64,000 nt of DNA from Candidatus Omnitrophota bacterium. Its GTDB lineage: Bacteria; Omnitrophota; Gorgyraeia; Zapsychrales; Zapsychraceae. The notes beneath the pieces were generated by a model, which worked only from the letters and a program-made list of their open reading frames with translations, was not told the DNA's origin and made no database searches. A program made the translations under genes and the position numbers. Shown here piece after piece: positions 50,803-59,000 of the stretch. The stretch spans positions 10,210-74,209 of the forward strand of contig JADFXT010000005.1 in NCBI GenBank assembly GCA_015233405.1, read 5' to 3'. The first letter of the stretch is position 1. The number at the start of each line of letters is the position of its first letter.

Positions 50803-51567
50803 ATGACGACAATAAAGAATCAAAAAATAAGCCGGGTGATGGGTGAAATCTCCAAGAAAGTTGGACAGGCTATTTTTGACTATGAAATGCTTAAAGAAGG
50901 CGACAAGGTTATCGTTGCTGTTTCCGGCGGCAAAGATAGCTTGTGTCTTTTAAAGCTGCTTCAATATCGTCAGACATTTATCCCTATTGATTTTGAGATC
51001 CTTGCTGTTCATGTGGACTATGGCATCCCCGGATTCCCGGTCGAGAAGATTGAATCCTACTGTCAGTCGCTCGAAATCCCTTTCCATCGAGAGAAAATTG
51101 ATATTCTCAAAGACAAGACCATGGAAGAGCTTAATTGCTTCTGGTGTTCTTGGAATCGACGGAAAGCCTTATTTCAGCTCGCCGATAAGCTTGGGTTCAA
51201 TAAAGTGGCTTTAGGTCATCATATGGACGACATTGTAGAGACAATCCTGATGAATATGTTCTTTAAAGGCGAGATCTCTGCGATGAAGCCGAATCAGGAT
51301 TTCTTTAAAGGCAAGCTGGCCATTATCCGGCCCTTGGCATATATTTATGAAAGCCAAATCATTCAGATGGTAAAAAAAGAATGCATTCCTGTCATTGAAG
51401 AATATACCTGCCCGCATAATGACACGACCATGCGGATATTTATGAAGAAAACCCTCGCCCAGCTTGAGAGCAAGATCCCCAAGATCAAACAGAATATTTT
51501 TAACAGCCTTCAGAATATTAAAGACGAATATCTGCTTGATAAAACAGAAGAGAGGAAAGCCTTATGA
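50803..51567 (+). CDS. ttcA: PP-loop ATPase, tRNA 2-thiocytidine biosynthesis TtcA-family
   Basis: VAVSGGKDS PP-loop. CFWCS and C-P-H Cys motifs. HHMDD block. Confidence 0.8.
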   Translation: MTTIKNQKISRVMGEISKKVGQAIFDYEMLKEGDKVIVAVSGGKDSLCLLKLLQYRQTFIPIDFEILAVHVDYGIPGFPVEKIESYCQSLEIPFHREKIDILKDKTMEELNCFWCSWNRRKALFQLADKLGFNKVALGHHMDDIVETILMNMFFKGEISAMKPNQDFFKGKLAIIRPLAYIYESQIIQMVKKECIPVIEEYTCPHNDTTMRIFMKKTLAQLESKIPKIKQNIFNSLQNIKDEYLLDKTEERKAL

Positions 51568-52346
51568 AAACGGCATTGTTTTATTTTTCCGGGACCGGCA
51601 ATTCCTTAGTCTTAGCACGAAAACTCAGCGCAAAGCTAAATGGCGCTGAAATCATTTCCATTGCTGAAGCTATAAATAAAAATATTGTCGTCGATGTCGA
51701 GTGCGTCGGGATCATTTTTCCTGTTTACATGTTCGGGTTACCGTTAATCGTCTTACGATTCCTTAAGAAATTAAACCCATTAAAAAATAAATATATTTTT
51801 GCCATTGCAGATTTTGGAGGCGCGGCCGGAGACCCATTAGGCCAAATGAACCAAGAATTGAAACCTTTGGGATTAAAATTAAATGCGGGATTCTTTGTTC
51901 GGATGCCCGACAACTATATTCCGTTGTTTGAGGCCGTCAAAGAAGATAGGCAGCAAAAAATGTTTAAAAAGGCGGAAAAACGCCTGGAGGAAATCGCGCC
52001 GATTATTTTAAACAGACAAGAAGCAAAAATTGAAAAAACATTTTTTTTGCTGACAGCCATTCTTTCCATTATTCACAAAATCTGCTCGCCGCAGATCCCT
52101 GTTATGGACAAGCATTTCTGGGTTGACGAAAAATGTAACGGCTGTGAACTTTGCCAAAAAGTTTGCCCTGTCTTTAATATCAGGATTGTCGACCATAAAC
52201 CTGTTTGGTTACACCATTGTGAGCAATGCCTGGCCTGCCTTCATTGGTGTCCAACACAAGCTATTCAATTTTTTGGAAAATCCACCCTAAAACATAAGCG
52301 ATACCACCACCCCGAAACCCATATCACTGATTTCTTGTCAAAATAA
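51564..52346 (+). CDS. EFR1-family flavodoxin-like / 4Fe-4S ferredoxin protein
   Basis: FYFSGTGNS N-terminus. C-terminal CNGCELCQKVCP and CEQCLACLHWCP clusters. Confidence 0.75.
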   Translation: MKTALFYFSGTGNSLVLARKLSAKLNGAEIISIAEAINKNIVVDVECVGIIFPVYMFGLPLIVLRFLKKLNPLKNKYIFAIADFGGAAGDPLGQMNQELKPLGLKLNAGFFVRMPDNYIPLFEAVKEDRQQKMFKKAEKRLEEIAPIILNRQEAKIEKTFFLLTAILSIIHKICSPQIPVMDKHFWVDEKCNGCELCQKVCPVFNIRIVDHKPVWLHHCEQCLACLHWCPTQAIQFFGKSTLKHKRYHHPETHITDFLSK

Positions 52347-52529
52347 CTTTCTTGCCTGCACGCCTTGTTTTTTCCCAAACATGTGTTATCTTTTATACCA
52401 AGTAAGCTATAAGACTATCTTTTCATTATTTTATCCAGCCAAAGAGATAGTTCTGGAATAATTAACTGTTATTCTCATAACTTTTTATCCAGACGTGCTA
52501 ACCCTTATTTTTAGGAGGCTGGTCATAAA

Positions 52530-55500
52530 ATGATAGTCACATTTAAGAAAAGACAGTTGAATTTATTTACTAAATCCATCTCGTTTCTTCTTCTCGCGAC
52601 TTTTCTATCCACAACCATCATTCCTCAGGGCTATGCCCAGAGCATAGCACTGCCGACTCCGGGCGCGATGGTGACACCGTCCATGGCGTATGTGCCAGCG
52701 CTTTTAAAAGGCATGACGCTACATAAGGACAATCCATTTCAGTTTGATTTTATTATCGATAACGGCCAAAGCGGTCTTCAAGGCGACGCTCTTAAAAATG
52801 AATCCAAACGCTTAGTCAAATATTTCCTCGCATCCATGACCGTTCCGCAGAATGACCTTTGGGTTAACTTGTCTCCGGCAGAAAAGAATCGCATTGTCCC
52901 CGACGCATTAGGCAAAACTGAATTAGGCCAGGATTTATTAGCCCAGGATTACATTTTAAAGCAATTGACTGCCACATTGATGTATCCGGAAGGGGAGTTA
53001 GGCAAAAAATTTTGGGATCGCATATATAAGGAAGCAAAAGAAAAGTACGGCGTAACCGATATTCCGACGGACACATTTAACAAAGTCTGGATTTTACCCG
53101 AATCCGCGACGATCTATGAAAATGGTGCCACGGTGTATGTTGTTGATGCGAAATTGAAGGTGATGTTGGATCAAGACTACGCAGCAATGCCCCAAAAGGG
53201 TGTCATTGCGAGGAACGAAGTGACGAAGCAATCTTTTTTAAAAGGGATTGCTTCGCAAAAAGACGCTCGCAATGACACAAATATGATGAATTCTCAGATC
53301 ATTCGTCAAATCATCCTCCCTGAAATAGAAAAAGAAGTAAACACCGGTAAAAACTTCGCCCCACTTCGCCAAATCTATCATTCGCTCATTTTAGCCAAGT
53401 GGTACAAAGAGAAGGTCCGCAACAGCATTCTTTCCTCGTCGTATATCAATAAAAATAAAGTTACAGGCATTGATGAAAATAATCCGAAAGCCAAGGAAGA
53501 AATTTACGCGCAGTACATGGAAGCCTACAAAAAGGGTGTCTATAGCTATATGAAGGAAGAGTATGACCCCAAGACCCAGCAGATCACACCTAAAAAATAT
53601 TTCTCCGGCGGGTTTAAGGATGCGGATTTGGCCATGAAAACCGCCAATGCTGCGGATATTGCCAACTCTGTCGTCGGGCAGGATTTCGCCATGTCGGTTG
53701 ATATTGCAGTAAAAGACCGACAAAATATAAGAAACATTAAGCCTTTTAACGAAGAAATTCAGCAAACCGCCAAACGATTTGGTATTAATATCTCTGATAA
53801 AACTAAAATTACTGTTTTTATCGGCGAGACCCATATTGAAAATGGCTATTATTACAACTTATTTAATCAAGTTATGAAAGAAACGCTTGGCCTCGACATT
53901 GTTTATCTTCCTTATTCCATAATAAAAGGAGACACGCAAAGAATTGCTTATATCAAACAAGAGCTGGCCAATAATCCACAGCTGGTCGGCGCTGTTGTGA
54001 CTAGCCCATTTAAAGGGAAAGATGGATTCTTTGAGCCAAAAGATAATCAAATTGGCGCCATTAATTATATTGTCAAAGACACAACCGGAAAACTTACTCG
54101 TACAGCAATCGACGGAGATGCATGGCTAAAAGGATTAATTAAAGACCTGCATAGTAATATTGATTTTAAAGACAAAACCGTTGTCATTATCGGTAGCGGT
54201 GGCGCTGCCAGAGAATTGGCAGAAATTCTTAATGGCAAAGGAATCAAAAGAATCATTTTTACCGACAAAGATGCGGAGCAAAGCGATAGTCTTAAATCTA
54301 TGATTAAAGATTTGGGCGTTGATTATACTCCGGAATTCTTTTTATCCACGGATAGCGAATATTCTTTAAAATTACACCAAGCCTTTCAAGAAGCAGACCT
54401 CATCGTTAATTCGACAGGCATTGGACGCGAAAAAACTCTTGGGCAAGATCCAGTCGATAGCCAACTCTTTCAAGGCATCAAGCCCGACGTCATTATCTCT
54501 GATCTTATCAGTAACACTTTCACACAGTTTTTAATCGATGCAAAGACCGCTGGAGCTAAACACACATTCTTTGGCCGTTCCATGTTTATTAATGGCATGG
54601 TGGACTTCATGCAAGGATGGATCAAACAAAACTTTCCCGAAAAAAAAGTCAGCGATGATAAGTTATTTAACCTGATTTCTGCCTGGCTGTATAAAAAAGA
54701 TCACCCACAAGTAAATATCACAAATCAAAAAGGGCAGAAGCTTTCTGATATTAAAGCCGCTGTTTTCGATTTCGACGATACGATTGTTTTCATGGAAGAG
54801 AATCCTGTTTCCGTAATTCGGACGAATCTGCACATAAAATCGTTGATAAGTATTTGGTATGGACCTAATCAGCCATTAACACCGTCGAAAATAAAAGAAG
54901 CGCAAGATTTCTTAAGAGATATCCAAGGCCAAACCGCGGAAGAATTCCTTGAAACAGCTATAAAAATAAAAGGCCATAATCTTAGCGGGAAAACAGTTTC
55001 GGAAATGATTGCGATACGCGAACAAAAAACCGCTGAAGCGCTTCCGGATTTGATAAAGCAATGGAAAAAGAATCTTCCGACAAGCATCTTCGTTCCCGGC
55101 GTAGTAAATTTTATTAAGGAATTGCATAAATCCAAAGTGCCCGTTTATGTTGTGACCGGAAATTCGTATTTGGAAAAATATAATCTCTTAGATGTTTTAG
55201 GCTTATCGAACTATGTGACCGGAGTTTATGACGCTGAATCCAAAGAATTTATGCATCAAGATGGTCAAAAAGAACTGATCGAAAATTTTAACAAAAATGA
55301 TGTCCTTAAGAGGATCCGTGACGACTACGCATCTGTTGGGGGCAAAATTTTGATCGCCGGCGATGGGGACAGAGAATCAGAAGTAGCCCAAGATCTTCAA
55401 GAACCTTTTATGGCCGTTGCCCATACAGCAGAGCGCGTCGAACATTTCAACAATTTAAAATCGGATATGGTTCTTGCCGGCCCGGACTTTTTTAACAATC

Positions 55501-56078
55501 TGACGATCACGCCAGCAGCTGACAACGCTCTTGTCACTAATGGCAGGCCTGCGCTCATCGGCATCGACATTGGAGGGACAAAGGTCGAAGTGGCAGTTGT
55601 CACTCAGGATGAACACGGGAATTTTACGAAAGTTCTATTTTCTCAAAAAATAGCAACGTCAGAAATTAAAGGAGACCCGGCAAAATTCTTCGATAAACTT
55701 GCAAAATTTATCCGCGGGATTAAAACGGAAGCCCAAGAGAAATATAGTATCAAGATGCTTGATGTCGTCGGCGTTGGGTCTCCGGGACGATTTATCAAGA
55801 ACGCTAACAATGAAGAAGTGATCGCAGACGGGTCCGCTGAAAATTTAGGAGACGCTCCTGGGGCTTTTAATGGCGTCAATTGCCAAAAAGAGCTCTTTGA
55901 TCGCCTGGGGGGAACCGTTGTTGTCCATAATGATGCCATTGCCCAGATGATGTATGCCTATCAAAACTTATTAGAAAATTTTCCCGATATTGCAAAAACC
56001 TTCCTGAATAAAAACATTGCTTACATTGGTCCGGGAACCGGTCTTGGCGGCGGATTTGCATTTGTCGACGAAAACTGA
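52530..56078 (+). CDS. giant modular protein, part 1: signal peptide + conserved exported N-domain + AroE-like + HAD-like + N-terminal half of an actin-fold sugar kinase
   Basis: AGGAGG RBS. Signal (IIPQGYAQS). AroE-like motifs VVTSPFKG, GAINYIV, IDGD, IGSGGAARE. HAD motifs FDFDDT, VVTGNS, GDGDRE. Kinase motifs LIGIDIGGTKVEV, VGSPGRF, VHNDAIAQ, GPGTGLGGG. The ORF ends inside the kinase domain. Confidence 0.85.
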   Translation: MIVTFKKRQLNLFTKSISFLLLATFLSTTIIPQGYAQSIALPTPGAMVTPSMAYVPALLKGMTLHKDNPFQFDFIIDNGQSGLQGDALKNESKRLVKYFLASMTVPQNDLWVNLSPAEKNRIVPDALGKTELGQDLLAQDYILKQLTATLMYPEGELGKKFWDRIYKEAKEKYGVTDIPTDTFNKVWILPESATIYENGATVYVVDAKLKVMLDQDYAAMPQKGVIARNEVTKQSFLKGIASQKDARNDTNMMNSQIIRQIILPEIEKEVNTGKNFAPLRQIYHSLILAKWYKEKVRNSILSSSYINKNKVTGIDENNPKAKEEIYAQYMEAYKKGVYSYMKEEYDPKTQQITPKKYFSGGFKDADLAMKTANAADIANSVVGQDFAMSVDIAVKDRQNIRNIKPFNEEIQQTAKRFGINISDKTKITVFIGETHIENGYYYNLFNQVMKETLGLDIVYLPYSIIKGDTQRIAYIKQELANNPQLVGAVVTSPFKGKDGFFEPKDNQIGAINYIVKDTTGKLTRTAIDGDAWLKGLIKDLHSNIDFKDKTVVIIGSGGAARELAEILNGKGIKRIIFTDKDAEQSDSLKSMIKDLGVDYTPEFFLSTDSEYSLKLHQAFQEADLIVNSTGIGREKTLGQDPVDSQLFQGIKPDVIISDLISNTFTQFLIDAKTAGAKHTFFGRSMFINGMVDFMQGWIKQNFPEKKVSDDKLFNLISAWLYKKDHPQVNITNQKGQKLSDIKAAVFDFDDTIVFMEENPVSVIRTNLHIKSLISIWYGPNQPLTPSKIKEAQDFLRDIQGQTAEEFLETAIKIKGHNLSGKTVSEMIAIREQKTAEALPDLIKQWKKNLPTSIFVPGVVNFIKELHKSKVPVYVVTGNSYLEKYNLLDVLGLSNYVTGVYDAESKEFMHQDGQKELIENFNKNDVLKRIRDDYASVGGKILIAGDGDRESEVAQDLQEPFMAVAHTAERVEHFNNLKSDMVLAGPDFFNNLTITPAADNALVTNGRPALIGIDIGGTKVEVAVVTQDEHGNFTKVLFSQKIATSEIKGDPAKFFDKLAKFIRGIKTEAQEKYSIKMLDVVGVGSPGRFIKNANNEEVIADGSAENLGDAPGAFNGVNCQKELFDRLGGTVVVHNDAIAQMMYAYQNLLENFPDIAKTFLNKNIAYIGPGTGLGGGFAFVDEN
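53201..53279. repeat. TGTCAT-terminated nested palindromic element lying inside the coding sequence
   Basis: Outer arms gtgtcattgcgag (53201-53213) / ctcgcaatgacac (53267-53279). Inner arms cgaagcaatc (53225-53234) / gattgcttcg (53247-53256). Translates as VIARNEVTKQSFLKGIASQKDARNDT. Confidence 0.75.
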
Positions 56079-59000
56079 CGGACATATTTATGACATGAAG
56101 ATCCTTGATAAACCGGTTACCCTTGCTTTGAACTGGCAGGGACAAAAAATGGAAATTCCTTTATTTGAAATGGCACAAGACTTATTCTCCGGCGGCAATG
56201 GGATCGGAGAAACTCTCATGATGAGGATCAATCAAAAAGCCCTAGATATGGGATTGGAAAAACCTTTTTCCTATCAGGAAGGGTTGAATGAAAAAGAAAT
56301 TATTGGTTTTATGAAAGCATCAGGAGGAAAACTTTTGAGCGATATTCTTGTTGCAGGAAAAGCTGATTCTCGCTATGAAATCGCTCAACAGATAGCCGCA
56401 TTTGAAGGTCAAATGTTAGCTCTCATTATTGAACATATTTATAACGGCGATATTCGGAAATGGAACCCGTCGGCAGATTGGTCACAAGAGGATAGGGATT
56501 TTGTCAAAGGGACCAAGAATTTCATTTTGGGCGGGAGCGTTACGAAAGGGTCATTCGGAACCATTGTTGAAAAAACAGCCCGGGAAGAATTAGCCGCCAA
56601 AGGATTGGTCGATGTTCAATTGATCCTTCCGAAGATGGATACCGCTAAAGCCGGAGTTTTGGGTGCAGCCGGATTTGTCAACGATGTTGCCAAAATGAAA
56701 ACAACAGATTCTGATTCAGCGATGGTAGCAGCCCAAGGCGTTTTGGTGAATGGCGTTGTAGTCGATAAAAATTTAGCGCTCGAAGCCATAAATTTATTAG
56801 AAAAGCCCGTCAAAGAACGTTTTATCTATAAAATCCCAACAGCAATTTTTAGACGCTATCCTTACCTTGCTCCGGTTTTAGATTTAACTTTGCCGGCCAA
56901 GGAAACAGAATCCAAGAAACGAGAAACCGCGCGGCTTTTTATCGAGAAATTCATCCGTGCCAAGCATCCGAATTCCGTAAAATCTGTTTCCACAGAAACG
57001 GAATCCTTGGCTCTTCAAATGGAACGCGTCAGCCCTACGGATTTTGGCCTGCGATTTTCTTTTGATCCGTTTGGATTAAGAGTCAAACGGCTTGCCAAAG
57101 AATTAGCGGCATTCTTAAAAGAAGAGAAAGCTCGTATAGAAAAAATCATGCTGCCCAATATTTATCAAGTCCCGTCAGCTCAAGCCACCCGAGCCATCGA
57201 TATGGATTTAAGAAGAATCAAATCAGAGCTTATCGAACAAACTCCAGAAGAATTTGAAAGCGACTTAGCTGCTTTAAAAAATCAAACACTTTCTTATGAA
57301 CAACGTAATACCAAGATGTATCCTTTGATCCTTAAAAGCAAAGGAGAGAGGCTAAACAGAGTAAAGAGCACTCTTCTGGAAATCTTTCGTACAGAAGCCG
57401 GCATCATGCGCGAACGGGCGTGGAACGGTTTACGTTTTATGGGCATCCCGGGAGAAGAAATTCAAGAAACCCCCGCGACTTCCGTTACTACAGACAAGGC
57501 GATGATATCAATCACAGCAGGCCTTATTGGATTTGGTGTTATAGCGACGTATATCGGCATTCGAAAATTTTTCCGTTACCACACCATTAACGGTGCCATG
57601 TCCATGTTAGAAAATCCTTTGTCAGAACGGTCATTAGAGAAAGCGAACCATTTCTTAAGGAACCAACAGGATTGGCCAGGTACCCCAGACACCAAGGAAA
57701 GACTTTTTAACGGATATATGAACGTCTTAAAAAATTCTATGCATATAGGGTCCATGATCGAAGCCATTGAACAATTGGCCAATTTAGGTATCAGGCAGAC
57801 TGAAGCAATTGATACCATTGCCGATTACTTAGGCGGGTTACGAAAAAGAGACGCCCAATTTTTGGCTTCATTGAAGAAAAAATATCCTCCACAAAATGAC
57901 TTTAGAGATTATTTGGCCGACTGGATGTATAAATTGGATTTTAAGTTTTATTTTAGCATAGGCGCAAATACGCGTTTTGCGGCAAGGGCCGCTTTAGTCA
58001 AGCTCAAAGCTCCAGAAGAGAAATATGTTCCCGGGTATTTCGCCGCCGTGAAGGCCGATATCAAAGAAAATATGCTTAACGGCAAAAAACACATCGCCGA
58101 AAACGCTATGGCCGAATTAAGGGAATTGAACTCCGACAAGGCCAAAAAATTACGTTACGATGGGTATTTGGAAATCCTCAAAACCCCGGAAATGGCGGAT
58201 TATGTTCTCCAGGAAGCCTTGGAACAACTCGAGGTCCTGGGACATCCTCAGGCAAAAACTTTTAAGAAATTTTATGAAAAACTAGGGGCTAGAACCTTTG
58301 GACAAATTTTTGTTACCGGCACAATATATGAAAAAAGATTTCAAGAGGCTTGGGAAATCCAAAACTCAGGATACGAGTTTGAAATAATTTATAATGAAGA
58401 AAAGAGCCATTTGAAGCAATACACGGTTGATCCCGGAGATGGGGGCGGCCTGCTGTTAAGGGAAAGGAAAATCATTGACGTGCCGGCGCATCCGATTGAA
58501 ATCGTTAAAACAGAAAAATTGCCGGACGCTTTACCATCGACAGACAAGGCGATGCTAGTTCGTTGGACAACGGATTGGTATATTGAAAAAGGGCTGAATA
58601 TCAATATTGTTTCCAAGGAAAACACGAAAATCCATATCAAAACAATTAAAATCCTTACCCATCGCTATCTCAAAAGTCCGAAAAATAGGGAGATAATAAA
58701 ACAAGCACTGTTCAATATGCTGACCGATTTCTCAAAAGAGGCGAGAGAAGCTACCAGAGCCGCGTTGGCTAAACTCAATATCTCAAAAGTAGAAATTATT
58801 GCTGCGAATATGCACGTCCTCAAAACTGTTTGGTTTGATCCGGCCATCCCGGAAGCTATTGAACAGTTGAAACAGTTAGAGTCAGACGACACAAGAGAAC
58901 CGCTGATCAACGGTTATCTGGAGGTCCTGAAAACTACGTCTTCCACTGAGTTGGCAATCCAAGGGACGGTTGAACGGTTGAGGCACTTAAGATCGGAGGA

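Noticed and set aside
56064-56080. A programmed +1 frameshift of the RF2 (prfB) type at the giant-gene junction.
   Set aside because: There is no SD-like stimulator upstream. The codons before the TGA (GAA AAC) do not allow good tRNA re-pairing in the +1 frame, as CUU-U does in prfB. A homopolymer indel or a genuine frameshift mutation is more parsimonious.
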